The notes: generated by a model not told the origin, from the sequence alone. Shown: positions 17,817-31,272, counted from the stretch's first letter. The stretch: DNA of 64,000 nucleotides from Hyphomonas sp. (GCA_041398365.1 JAWKUV010000011.1:18626-82625), one strand, 5' to 3'. A program made the numbers and translations.

Positions 17817-18896
17817 ATGGAGACGCCAAAAATGTTCGTAGAAACTGACCCCGAAACTTGGTCATCGCGCTCTGAATTCTGGAAGGAAAAAGCCGAAAAG
17901 AGCCCGCCCAAGCGATTGAAGCGTTCACGTCGAAAAGTGCCGATGGTTTTGTGCGGACATGGCGTTTCGTTGAAAATTCAGAACGGCGCACTCCTAGTCC
18001 GCGATGGTATTTCCCACGCGGACGGCGAGCCGAAGCAATGGCGCCTCTATCCCGGCGAACTTGATATCCCACAACGCATTATTCTGGTGGAGTGTTCTGG
18101 TGCCATGACGATGGCGGCCCTTCGATGGCTCGGGGAACAAGGCGTTACCGTGATCGATATCGACTGGCAGGGCCGCGTCGCTTCCGTGATCGGTGGAAGC
18201 GGTGTGGCTATCGATCCAGTAAAATATCTCTGGCAGGTCGAAGCGCGAGCAAATGTGAAGAAGCGACTTTCGTTCAGCGCAGAATTGGTTCGTCGGAAAC
18301 TAGAAGCCAGCATCGAAACTTTGGAGGCTGTCTTTGACAACACCACGGCTCGGCAATCCGCTGTTGACTGGGCCAACAAGGGTATTGAGCAAATTGACCG
18401 AGGAAAGGTCAATGGTACGCGCGAACTCTTGGGCGTGGAGGGAGCGGCGGCAGCGAAGTATTTTGCGGCTTGGGAAGGCTTCGAAATGCGTTGGAAAAGC
18501 GTGAAACAATATCCGGTGCCAAAACCTTGGCTTTTCTACTCACAGCGCTCGTCCCTCCTGACAGGACGCAAAGCGAAGAACTGGAAAGCCGATCACCCAA
18601 TCAACGCCATGCTGAATTATGGCTATGCATTTCTTGAAAGTCAGACGCGCATTCAAACCGTCAGCGACGGCTTCGATCCAATGGCGGGAATTTATCACGA
18701 GGTCAGCGAAGGTACGCCGTCCTATGTCCTTGATGTGATGGAGCCCGACCGGCCTCGCATTGATCGCGCCGTTCTGGAGTTTGTACTGTCGCAGACCTTC
18801 AGCATGAAAGACTTCTATTTGCGCAAGGATGGTGTGTGTCGGCTAGGACCGGAATTGACCCGTCACTTCGTCAGCCGAATAGAAAAGGCACTGTGA
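17817..18896 (+). CDS. cas1: Casposase (solo Cas1 integrase)
   Basis: Cas1 motifs TMAALRWLGEQGV, LLGVEGAAAAKYF, DHPINAMLNYGYAFL, GFDPMAGIYH, LDVMEPDRPRID; catalytic E/H/D-E positions look intact; no cas2 or array nearby. Confidence 0.93.
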   Translation: METPKMFVETDPETWSSRSEFWKEKAEKSPPKRLKRSRRKVPMVLCGHGVSLKIQNGALLVRDGISHADGEPKQWRLYPGELDIPQRIILVECSGAMTMAALRWLGEQGVTVIDIDWQGRVASVIGGSGVAIDPVKYLWQVEARANVKKRLSFSAELVRRKLEASIETLEAVFDNTTARQSAVDWANKGIEQIDRGKVNGTRELLGVEGAAAAKYFAAWEGFEMRWKSVKQYPVPKPWLFYSQRSSLLTGRKAKNWKADHPINAMLNYGYAFLESQTRIQTVSDGFDPMAGIYHEVSEGTPSYVLDVMEPDRPRIDRAVLEFVLSQTFSMKDFYLRKDGVCRLGPELTRHFVSRIEKAL

Positions 18897-18909
18897 GCAA
18901 TACTGAAGT

Positions 18910-20616
18910 TCAAACTGGAATTTGACCATCGCAGAGCGCTTTCATGTGCTTAGCAATCAATTCCGCACGCGCATCTAGGAATGCGTCGTAGTCTCCTGCA
19001 ATAACTGCATCATAAGGTATCAAGTGGCTGCTAAGCCTTTGCCGAACTTCGTTTTCTCCCAGATGAGCCGCTATTGCCCTTTGTTCGATATAATCTTTTG
19101 GACTGTTGGCAGCGATCATTCGGTTTGTGGACCAAGTAATAAGTGCGCAATTCAGCGCTCTCGCCACATGCACATCGGTACGCTCCCCACCAAGAACAAA
19201 GACAGGAAAAACATGATGCAATTCGCGACGGTAATAGTTTGTCGCATCGATCTTAGCGCCGTCAGCGAAATCGTATCCGCCAGCCCGCAGACTTGCGGCG
19301 AGGATCGCACGAGGTAAACGATCTTTGCGGCCTGGCCATCCAGCCTTTAAGAGTTCGTCCTTCTCGGGAAGTGGACAAAGAAGTTCATCAAACAATTCAA
19401 CTGAATTCCCGCCTAATGGGTCACGAATGAATTCGCTAATTGATTTGTAGTCTGCATAAGCGCGCGTCGCGGAAGTCTTAACGTAACGATCCGTGAAACA
19501 GGCGCGCCAGAGTGTTTTGCGAATGATGGCTCTCGCATTCCCCTCCGCATCACGTCCTTCATCAGGTACGTCCGCCCAAAGCGCACAGACAAGATAGACT
19601 GCCACATCACTCGGCAAGCTGCGATCATTGAAGATACCTTCCTGTCTGAGAAAGCCGACACCGCGTCTGAAGCCTTTCTTCACCCGCTCCCACACAGAAG
19701 CCAGCGCTTCGCCAAAATCATTATCAAGATAAGTTTTCTTTAGCGGCGCTTTTCCGATCAGCAGCGCTGCAACAGACAGGATCATGTCTTCGATCCGTCC
19801 ATAGTCATTGATTGCTGGTTCGCTTTCCTTCAGCTCCAGAACCATATCATGCAGCGATTGCCCTGATGCCTCCTCTAGTTGCGCGACAACAATATCAAAG
19901 TCTTTCAGCGGTGAACCGGACGTATTCATCTTGATGAAAACGTCGAGTGCAGTTTCCCGTCCGGTTCCGACACCCAGCGACAGGAATGGGATAGCATAGT
20001 TCGCAACACGCTGACGTAGCTGGTAAATCCGTTTAGTCGCGCTCTTTATATCCACACCGGCGTCATCAAGCGCGTTTAGCCAATCGTCTGCAATGGTTTC
20101 CCCTGCCGCACCGGGCCTCAAAAGCTGAATAGGGAAAAGCCCCCGCGCGTATGTTTCCTTGGCGCTGTTAGCCCAAACAGGTTGCCTTACACCCTTTCGG
20201 TCAAAGCGCTTCACGCGCTCGATCAAGGGTAAATCGCTGTCAGCCTGATTGCCTTCATCGTCTTCGGGCACCTCTTGTTTTTCCAGCGAAACAAATACGT
20301 CGAAATCTTCGTAGTCACCTGTGAAACTACGCCATAGGGCCGTCATGCGTTGCTGACCATCTAGCAAATGGACAAGCACGCGCCCCGTCTTCTCGGGTGC
20401 TCCCACGATTGGTCTGGAATGGAAAAGCTCCTTGTCCCCAACATCCAGGACAAGAAGCGCGCCGATTGGCAAAGACGGTTTGCGCAGAATGTTTTCCAAA
20501 AGCCCGACAATTTGACGATTTCCCCAAGCCTCATGCCGTTGAAACCGAGGTAGCATGACCTGCCCTTGGCTGATCATGGAAAACCATTCCTCGATTGATT
20601 TGCTTCTGGCTTCCAT
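18910..20616 (-). CDS. DUF262 (GmrSD/SspE-like) protein with C-terminal HNH-like domain
   Basis: PRFQR..W, LLDGQQR, FIKMNTSG (DUF262); C-terminal ELHHVFP...ALNCALITWSTN (DUF1524-like). Confidence 0.82.
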   Translation of the reverse strand: MEARSKSIEEWFSMISQGQVMLPRFQRHEAWGNRQIVGLLENILRKPSLPIGALLVLDVGDKELFHSRPIVGAPEKTGRVLVHLLDGQQRMTALWRSFTGDYEDFDVFVSLEKQEVPEDDEGNQADSDLPLIERVKRFDRKGVRQPVWANSAKETYARGLFPIQLLRPGAAGETIADDWLNALDDAGVDIKSATKRIYQLRQRVANYAIPFLSLGVGTGRETALDVFIKMNTSGSPLKDFDIVVAQLEEASGQSLHDMVLELKESEPAINDYGRIEDMILSVAALLIGKAPLKKTYLDNDFGEALASVWERVKKGFRRGVGFLRQEGIFNDRSLPSDVAVYLVCALWADVPDEGRDAEGNARAIIRKTLWRACFTDRYVKTSATRAYADYKSISEFIRDPLGGNSVELFDELLCPLPEKDELLKAGWPGRKDRLPRAILAASLRAGGYDFADGAKIDATNYYRRELHHVFPVFVLGGERTDVHVARALNCALITWSTNRMIAANSPKDYIEQRAIAAHLGENEVRQRLSSHLIPYDAVIAGDYDAFLDARAELIAKHMKALCDGQIPV

Positions 20617-20661
20617 GCTGTGTGTTTCCCCTTGGTGTTATTCGAGCGGCCATTTAGCCAA

Positions 20662-23600
20662 TCAGGCCACCTTAAAATATCTGCCGTCTTCCGTAGCTTC
20701 GATCCTTCCACCTGCCGCCAGAACATCTAGTATGCCGCGTACCGTGTCTTTCTTGGCATTCTTGAAGCGGGTCGCGATGGTATCAACACTTTCGGGTTCG
20801 CGAGGCACGACAGACAAGAGCGCGCGTGCGCGGTCTCGCGTCTCCTTCGGGAAGGGTGGTTTTCCGGCATTTGCTTCCGCCGCGAACTCCGCTTCGATCT
20901 GCGCTTTAACATCTGCGAGGATCTTATTATCTGGGTTCTGATAATCTGGGCGAAGCCACTTCACGACGCCACGACGTTCTTCGGAAGCGCGTTTGAGGTT
21001 CAGCTCAACAAGACGTTCGAGAATATCTTCATCGATCAATACAGAAGGCCAGCCATAGGCTGTGAATACTGCGGCATCGATATCGTCATGCCAGGTCTTC
21101 AACACACCGATCTGCCAGCGATCATACTGTTCGCGTTCTCGCTCAGTTAGTGGCTCTGGAGCGGCCCCGTCCTGCGAGCCTCGCTCAAACTCCCGCACCC
21201 TCTCAAGTAGGTTGTATAGATTTGTCAGTGTTGCATCGGAGTGTTTTTCAATAGTCGCCTTGCGATGCGCATCCAGTCCCTCTCCAAGAGAAGTCAAATT
21301 TTGCTTCTGCGCGTCGCTTAGTTCGGGGAATGGGAATGGGTCGAAACATCTCGTTTTTTGGTAACGTGGGTCATTGCCAACACCAAGCCATCCACCTGCT
21401 GCGAGAGCCCAAGCACAATGGATACGCGATGACAAAACAGCCAACATCCAAGCTTCCGAGTGAGCGATGCAGATCAACATATTGTCCGGCAATGTTCCTT
21501 CAGGGATGAAACTGAAGAAACGGTGCTTCGATGTTTCCGTTGTCGCGATCAATCTAGGCAGACCCTTTAGCGCCGGGCGCAAATCCTTGCGGGGTTCGCC
21601 AAATACCCACCAATTCTCTCGGTAGATTTTCCGATTGTTTTGCTCCCTTTCCGGCCACACATTGTCGCGAATGTGCTGGTAGACGTCTGGAAACCTTGAA
21701 CGGACCTCCGTTTCCGAAAGTCCGAAAAGGTCAATGATCATCACTCCGCGAGGTCTCTGATTGATATCCCGCCCATTGCGGTAGGGGCGAATGTGCTCTT
21801 CGAGGCCGGGGACGCGTCCGAGACCAAGTTGTTCGGCTTTTGCTGGAGATACGATAAAGCCTGAGCCATGCAATTTGACACCCGGCGAGCAGATGCGGTC
21901 GTTTGCCTTGAGCGCTCTCGCACTTGAAATCGGCGCGCCAAGTGCGAGCCGAGATCGAATTGGGCCGGATTGATATTTCAATGAAAGGCGCGGCGTGTCG
22001 GTGTTGAGTTCCTCTTCACTGATGACGGTGCCAAGCATACCCTCAATTGATCCGGCTTCCCCTACACTCATAGCGATACGCACATTGGCCCGGTCTGAAC
22101 CTTTCACCCACGGATGATCATCGACGGCAAATGTAATGGAAAGCGGCGCTTTGGGATCGGACAGGTGCCGGTCGATCACTTTGCGGCCAAATACCTGAGT
22201 AATTGAATTGGTTGTGATGAACCCAAAGCTTCGCGCCTTACCTTCCCGAACACGATTGGCAGCCTTGTCCCACCAATACAGAACAAAATCTGCGCCGCCC
22301 GGCATGTGCGGATAGGCTCGCCAGACGGCTTCGGCGTATCCATCACCCAGCTCGGCGCGCATGTCCTTACCACCAATGAAAGGTGGATTTCCGATGATAA
22401 AATCAGCCTTTGGCCAGTCGGCTCGTTCCGCATTAGGATAATCGTACACTTCCACGCGCGCGCTTTCGTCCGGAACAAGATCGCCAAGCGCATTGGATCG
22501 CTTCGTCTCACCATCCCAGCGTGTGACGGATTTGCCGGACGCGTCACGCCGAAGAATAGGTTCGCCAGTCCACTTCAGGATCGCATCGCGATGCTCAATG
22601 TTGTGAAAGTCTGCAAGTACGGGATCGCGGATGAAATTCTTGCCACCCGTTTTTAGTTGCCATTTCAGATAACCGATCCAAAGGACCAGTTCGGCAATCT
22701 CCTTGGCGCGGCCGTTCTTTTCGATGCCGTGGAAATGGCTTGGGTCTACAGTCGAATATTGGATTTCGAGCGGCATGGTGCCTGAACCTTGCATCGAGGC
22801 GAGATAATCCAGAACCTCACCTTCAAGCCGCTTCATATGTTCGAAGGCGACATACAGAAAGTTTCCAGTTCCGCAGGCTGGATCGAGTACTTCGGTTGCG
22901 CAAAGCTTGGCATGGAAGCCAAGAGCAACTTTCTTTGCGTCTTCCACCGATTTCGGATCACCCTTTGTGATGAGTAAATCACATTCGGCCTGGACTGCAG
23001 CCCAGTCTTCCCGCAGTGGTTCCATGATCGTTGGAATGACCAAACGCTCAACATACGCGCGCGGCGTATAATGGGCACCGAGCTGCGAGCGCTCCTTCGA
23101 ATTCAACGCCTTTTCGAGCAGCGTTCCGAAGATGGCTGGCTCCACATCGCGCCAGTCGCGGCGAGCCGCTTGATGAAGTTCACCGATCATGTCTGCGGAC
23201 AGCGGCAACGCATCCGCATTCCGGAATAGGCCCCCGTTGAAGCGACGCACTGTTTCTTGCAATGAACCATTGAACCCGCCTTGGTCCATATCCTTCCACA
23301 ATACCTGCAATGCGAGATGTGCTTTGTCCGGCGAAGATTGAAGACGCTGAAGGAGGTCTGTGAAGGAACGCGACGGCAATAGTTCAACATCTTCCGCAAA
23401 CATTGTGAACAGGCACCGCATCAGGAACAATGCAACGCGTTCGGGCGGATATTTTTTCTCAAGCTCCTTCGCCACACGCGCCAAGCGGACCGCAACATCG
23501 TTTGTGACTTCAGCGGACCGTCGCGTGGGATCGAGCGAAAAGGGATCGGTCCAAATCGTTTTCAGGCGTTCGCGAATTTCAGACTTCAACAGATCGTTAA

Positions 23601-24144
23601 GCGAAATGCGATAACCGCTGCGATCCGGAAATTGCGTGTAGGCTTTACCGTCACCTGCGAAATTAGACCAAATTTCGAAAACGTGGCCCACATCGCAAAT
23701 GATGATGAATGGTGGCAGTTTGTGACCATCCGGCAAGTTGCGCACATAGCCCTCAGCCTGCTGCCGCGCCGACCGCATAAGTTTGGCCCAGGTAGGCCCG
23801 TCTCTCTGTGCTGCTCCTGAAAGTTCGGTCCCGCTTTCCCCAAATTGGCTTGGCTCAGGTTGCCATTCTAGCTGGCTTCTCTTTTGGCCGTTGCGCTGTC
23901 TGGACTGCTTGGCCTCCAGAACGAAGCAATCGCGCTTGTAGAGGTCGATGTAGCGGTTGGCATCATCCGCTCTGAGGGAAATGCGCCGTTCGAATACATA
24001 GTCATTTTCAGATAGGCGCGGCACAACGGGATCGGGGCGAACTGCTCCAATGATTTCAGTGAGTTCTGCGAGAAAGAGCTTTGCGTTAGCCTGCTCACTG
24101 CCACCGCTAGGTGCCCAACGAGCGACGAATTCTTCTGGCGTCAC
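20662..24144 (-). CDS. MmeI-like type IIL restriction-modification enzyme (nuclease, N6-adenine MTase, TRD)
   Basis: YIDLYKRDCFVLEAK (PD-(D/E)xK), GAHYTP, LDPACGTGNF, IGNPPF, RYQKTRCFDPFPFP. Confidence 0.9.
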   Translation of the reverse strand: MTPEEFVARWAPSGGSEQANAKLFLAELTEIIGAVRPDPVVPRLSENDYVFERRISLRADDANRYIDLYKRDCFVLEAKQSRQRNGQKRSQLEWQPEPSQFGESGTELSGAAQRDGPTWAKLMRSARQQAEGYVRNLPDGHKLPPFIIICDVGHVFEIWSNFAGDGKAYTQFPDRSGYRISLNDLLKSEIRERLKTIWTDPFSLDPTRRSAEVTNDVAVRLARVAKELEKKYPPERVALFLMRCLFTMFAEDVELLPSRSFTDLLQRLQSSPDKAHLALQVLWKDMDQGGFNGSLQETVRRFNGGLFRNADALPLSADMIGELHQAARRDWRDVEPAIFGTLLEKALNSKERSQLGAHYTPRAYVERLVIPTIMEPLREDWAAVQAECDLLITKGDPKSVEDAKKVALGFHAKLCATEVLDPACGTGNFLYVAFEHMKRLEGEVLDYLASMQGSGTMPLEIQYSTVDPSHFHGIEKNGRAKEIAELVLWIGYLKWQLKTGGKNFIRDPVLADFHNIEHRDAILKWTGEPILRRDASGKSVTRWDGETKRSNALGDLVPDESARVEVYDYPNAERADWPKADFIIGNPPFIGGKDMRAELGDGYAEAVWRAYPHMPGGADFVLYWWDKAANRVREGKARSFGFITTNSITQVFGRKVIDRHLSDPKAPLSITFAVDDHPWVKGSDRANVRIAMSVGEAGSIEGMLGTVISEEELNTDTPRLSLKYQSGPIRSRLALGAPISSARALKANDRICSPGVKLHGSGFIVSPAKAEQLGLGRVPGLEEHIRPYRNGRDINQRPRGVMIIDLFGLSETEVRSRFPDVYQHIRDNVWPEREQNNRKIYRENWWVFGEPRKDLRPALKGLPRLIATTETSKHRFFSFIPEGTLPDNMLICIAHSEAWMLAVLSSRIHCAWALAAGGWLGVGNDPRYQKTRCFDPFPFPELSDAQKQNLTSLGEGLDAHRKATIEKHSDATLTNLYNLLERVREFERGSQDGAAPEPLTEREREQYDRWQIGVLKTWHDDIDAAVFTAYGWPSVLIDEDILERLVELNLKRASEERRGVVKWLRPDYQNPDNKILADVKAQIEAEFAAEANAGKPPFPKETRDRARALLSVVPREPESVDTIATRFKNAKKDTVRGILDVLAAGGRIEATEDGRYFKVA

Positions 24145-24358
24145 GCCTCATTCCCCAATTCCTGCAACCTTGGATGACGGGGATCGTAGCCATTCTGGAT
24201 GATTTGCCTAGCAGCAATCGGTCACACAGGATCAACAGAAGAAGCTGTTGATTGTGTCGAAGCGCTTGAGTGTTATCGGCATTTGGATGATCGCAGTCCG
24301 CTTCGATGTTGCGCGCCTTGAAGGTGTGGCGAACAAATCCATGTAGAAGGATTAAACA

Positions 24359-24946
24359 ATGTCGCCACAAGACGCGAAGTTGTTGATAGCAAACGGTGAA
24401 AGCTTGAGTTTAGAACTCAAGGAACAGCTTGATGCCCGGAGACCCGAGAAAATTTGCAAAGAGATAGCTGCGTTAGCATCTATGCAGGGTGGTAATCTTT
24501 TTGTCGGTGTTCGCGATGATGGTTATGTTTGTGGCGTAGATAACCCAAAGCGAGTGCAAAATCAGATTGAGAATGTAATTGCAGCTCACATCGAGCCTTT
24601 GCCAATCGTTCAAATATCTCTTCTAACCATCGATGATCGCAATGTTGTCTGCGCAGCAGTTCAGACTGGCATACCGCCCGTGTATTTCTACGATGGAAGA
24701 CCTTACTGGCGGATAGGTACTTCCTCAGTACCTGCAGGCCCCACCGAAGTAGAACGTTTAATTCGAAACAGTGAAGTATCTTTAGAATTGAGACGTCAAG
24801 CTGCCAAAATTGCGTCGATGACACCCGAAGATAATGTTGCTGCGGCAATTATTGGTCAGGGCGAACTTGCCACAATCAACTACGAAGAGTTGAAGGCAAG
24901 ACTGATCAAAGACCTATCTGAAATCTTTATCTCTCATCCGCGTTGA
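24359..24946 (+). CDS. Schlafen/AlbA_2 domain protein
   Basis: GESLSLELKEQL, KEIAALASMQGGNLFVGVRDDG, YWRIGTSS. Confidence 0.85.
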   Translation: MSPQDAKLLIANGESLSLELKEQLDARRPEKICKEIAALASMQGGNLFVGVRDDGYVCGVDNPKRVQNQIENVIAAHIEPLPIVQISLLTIDDRNVVCAAVQTGIPPVYFYDGRPYWRIGTSSVPAGPTEVERLIRNSEVSLELRRQAAKIASMTPEDNVAAAIIGQGELATINYEELKARLIKDLSEIFISHPR

Positions 24947-24966
24947 GGCTTTCTAGTCGCCTACAC

Positions 24967-25009
24967 AAAAACTCGCGCCGGTACAAGGATTGAGCTTGGC
25001 TTTATCCCC
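24967..25009 (-). repeat. Right terminal inverted repeat (43 bp, imperfect)
   Basis: Reverse complement reads GGGGATAAAGC-C-AAG-CTCAATCCT-TGTACCG-GCGCGAG-TTTTT. Confidence 0.88.
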
Positions 25010-25024
25010 CCCGTTTGGCGGGGG
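25010..25024 (+). repeat. Right target-site duplication (15 bp)
   Basis: CCCGTTTGGCGGGGG, identical to 11128-11142. Confidence 0.9.
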
Positions 25025-25035
25025 AGGGCGGTGCA

Positions 25036-25722
25036 TCAGAACTCCCGTTCTCTCCCCGTCCATTCGATGAACTGACCCGTGCGGGCGAGAGTCAGCGTGT
25101 CTGCGACATTGATGATGCCGCGGGCGACTTCTGCTGGTTTGAGGTTTGCGGTGGGTCCGCCCATATCGGTCTGGACCCAGCCGGGATCGATCAGGCAGAC
25201 AGCGATGCCTTCCGGCGCAAGATCTGTCGCGAGACCCTGCATCACCTTGTTCACCGCCGCCTTCGAGGCGCGATAGGCGATCCGGTCGGATTTGGCATAG
25301 CCCATCCAGGACATCTGGCTGGAAACGGTCAGGATACGGCCGTTTTCAGATTTCCGGATATGGGGCAGGAAGGCCTCCGCCACAGCCAAAGGCGCGAGCG
25401 TGTTGATTTCCAGCGTCCGGGCGAAGCCGTCGAAATCCATGTTGAGGGTTGTCTGGTCCTCATCCGGCGGGCCGATCGTGCCGGCGTTGTTGATCAGGAT
25501 ATCGACAGGCGCGTCGAGGGAGCCAGCCGCAGCTGACACGGCCGCGTGGTCGGTCACGTCGAAGACGAGCGAGGTGAAGCCGGAGCCGAGTTCGGCCGCT
25601 GTCTCCTCCGCCTGGGCTTCGGTGCGCACACTGCCATAGACGCGCCAGCCTTTGTTCAGGGCTTCGCGGGCGAGGTGGAAGCCGATGCCGCGATTTGCGC
25701 CGGTGATGAGGAGGGTGGTCAT
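25036..25722 (-). CDS. SDR family oxidoreductase
   Basis: ITGANRGIG, INNAG, YRASK, PGWVQTDMGG. Confidence 0.93.
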   Translation of the reverse strand: MTTLLITGANRGIGFHLAREALNKGWRVYGSVRTEAQAEETAAELGSGFTSLVFDVTDHAAVSAAAGSLDAPVDILINNAGTIGPPDEDQTTLNMDFDGFARTLEINTLAPLAVAEAFLPHIRKSENGRILTVSSQMSWMGYAKSDRIAYRASKAAVNKVMQGLATDLAPEGIAVCLIDPGWVQTDMGGPTANLKPAEVARGIINVADTLTLARTGQFIEWTGREREF

Positions 25723-25723
25723 G

Positions 25724-26509
25724 TCAAACGAGTCCCAATTGCTTCAGGGCATCCTGCACACCGTCAAACCGGGGGCGGATGTCGTCGCCGATATGGGCAT
25801 GCGTGGGAATGTAGAACAGGCCGAGGTCCAGACCTTTCAGGGCGATCTCCGCACAGCGTTCCGGCATGATGACGTTGAACTCGGGCGGAATGTCTTTCGG
25901 GTCGGGCAGGCCCTGCGCGATCAGCGGCGTGAAGACGCCGCCGGGCATCAGCACGTGCAGGTCCATCCGCTCGCTGCCGAGTTCCTCGCGCAGCCATTCG
26001 GCCATGATCAGCACGCCATGCTTGCTCGCCCCATAGGCGCCGAGCCGGCTGCGCTTCACAGCCTGCGGCAGGCTGAGCGAGTTCTCGGAACCGGTGATCA
26101 TCAGCCGCCCGCGCTGGCCGGTCTTCTGCAGCATGGCGTCATAGGCCTGCGCGATACGGAACGGGGCGAACATGTTGATCTCGAACAGCTGCATCGTGTC
26201 CGGCCCGAAATCCTCCTGCAGCATGCGCTTGCGCCGCCCGATGCCGGCATTGGAGCAGATGAGGTCGATCCGGCCCTTCGAGACGAACGTGTCCCGGACC
26301 AGCCGGGCCGGCGTATCGGGGTCCGACAGGTCGCAGCCGACGGCACTGCCGGGCCGGGCAAGGCCGGCGGCGACTTCGGCAGCGAGGTCCTGCTGGATGT
26401 CGGCGATCACGACATCCGCGCCCCGCGTGCTGAGGGCGGTGGCGAGGGCGGCCCCGATTCCCGAGGCGCCGCCGGTAACCAGCGCCACCTTTCCCTTGTA
26501 GTCGATCAT
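25724..26509 (-). CDS. SDR family oxidoreductase
   Basis: VTGGASGIG, SNAGIG, YGASK. Confidence 0.92.
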   Translation of the reverse strand: MIDYKGKVALVTGGASGIGAALATALSTRGADVVIADIQQDLAAEVAAGLARPGSAVGCDLSDPDTPARLVRDTFVSKGRIDLICSNAGIGRRKRMLQEDFGPDTMQLFEINMFAPFRIAQAYDAMLQKTGQRGRLMITGSENSLSLPQAVKRSRLGAYGASKHGVLIMAEWLREELGSERMDLHVLMPGGVFTPLIAQGLPDPKDIPPEFNVIMPERCAEIALKGLDLGLFYIPTHAHIGDDIRPRFDGVQDALKQLGLV

Positions 26510-26589
26510 CGCGTCCTCCCTGATTTTGCCGTTTTGCGCAGGCTATACTGAAATCCACGCGGCGGTCAGGCCCCGTGAAGATTCCATTT

Positions 26590-26604
26590 GTTCCGTATTT
26601 GTTC
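26590..26604 (+). promoter_or_regulatory. Alphaproteobacterial LexA (SOS) box upstream of recN
   Basis: GTTC-CGTATTT-GTTC matches GTTC-N7-GTTC. Confidence 0.8.
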
Positions 26605-26642
26605 TCATGATAAAAGCGCCTCCGTAGAGTTGGGGAGCGCCC

Positions 26643-30426
<3,784 letters not shown>

Positions 30427-30441
30427 AGCGCCGCGCGCGGC

Positions 30442-31272
30442 TTACTTCCCGCCGGGGATCAGCTTCTGCAGCAGGGTCCGTTTCGGCGCCGACGTTTCCA
30501 GCATGATGCCTTCCGACGTCATCAGCTGATAGGCCATCTTGTACCAGTCCGAGTCCGGATAGTTGTAGCCGAGCGTTGCCGCGGCCTCGGTCGCCTGCGG
30601 GCGCATGCCGAGCGTCATGTAGGCCTCGACCAGGCGGTAGAGCGCTTCCTCGGCATGCGAGGTGCGGTCATAATTCTTCACGACAGAGCGGAAACGGTTG
30701 ATCGCGGCCAGCGTCTGGTTCGAGCGCAGGTACCAGCGGCCGACTTCCATTTCCTTGCCGGCGAGCTGGTCGTTGACCATGTCGAGTTTCAGTTCGGCGT
30801 CGCGCGCATATTCGCTGTCCGGGAAGCGGCGCAGCACGTCCTGCAGCGCGGTGCGGGCCTGCTCGGTCATGCCCTGGTCGCGGCCGACATCGACGATCTG
30901 CTCGAACTGGCTGATGGCGATGAGGTAGTAGGCGTAGGCCGCCTCGGAGCCGCCCGGGTGCAGCGAGATGTAGCGCTGCGCGGCCGAGATGGCCTCGTCA
31001 TAATCGTGGCGCTGGTAATGGGCATAGGCCGTCATCACCATGGCCTTGCGGGCCCACTCGGAATAGGGGTGCTGGCGCTCGACTTCGTTGAACAGGAGGA
31101 TGGCCTGTTCATAGTCGTGCTTGTCGAGCTGCTGGCCGGCCAGATTGTAGAGCTGCTCCACAGGACGCTCGACATAGGCGAGTTCGTTCTGGCGCTTTTC
31201 CCGGCTCTGGCAGGCCGTCAGGCTGACGGTGACTGCAATCAGGGCGAGGGCGAGGGGCTTGGCAGGCTTCAT
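30442..31272 (-). CDS. bamD: Outer membrane protein assembly factor BamD
   Basis: Lipobox LTAC, TPR repeats (EVERQHPYS, GRDQ, EMEVGRWY); synteny with lpxC-ftsZ. Confidence 0.93.
   Translation of the reverse strand: MKPAKPLALALIAVTVSLTACQSREKRQNELAYVERPVEQLYNLAGQQLDKHDYEQAILLFNEVERQHPYSEWARKAMVMTAYAHYQRHDYDEAISAAQRYISLHPGGSEAAYAYYLIAISQFEQIVDVGRDQGMTEQARTALQDVLRRFPDSEYARDAELKLDMVNDQLAGKEMEVGRWYLRSNQTLAAINRFRSVVKNYDRTSHAEEALYRLVEAYMTLGMRPQATEAAATLGYNYPDSDWYKMAYQLMTSEGIMLETSAPKRTLLQKLIPGGK

Larger units (their letters stand above)
11143..25009. mobile_element. Casposon (Cas1-dependent self-synthesizing transposon), 13,867 bp, with defence-like cargo
   Basis: Solo cas1, PolB, HNH and HTH genes; TIRs beginning GGGGATA; 15-bp TSD; abrupt drop in GC and codon bias at both boundaries. 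Confidence 0.93.

Noticed and set aside
17494-18910. CRISPR-Cas locus around cas1
   Set aside because: By eye there is no cas2, effector gene or repeat-spacer array anywhere in the window; the PolB, TIR and TSD context indicates a casposon.
11143-25009. Prophage, ICE or pipolin interpretation of the low-GC island
   Set aside because: No tyrosine or serine recombinase, no structural or conjugation genes and no tRNA att site; the ends are inverted repeats flanked by a TSD.
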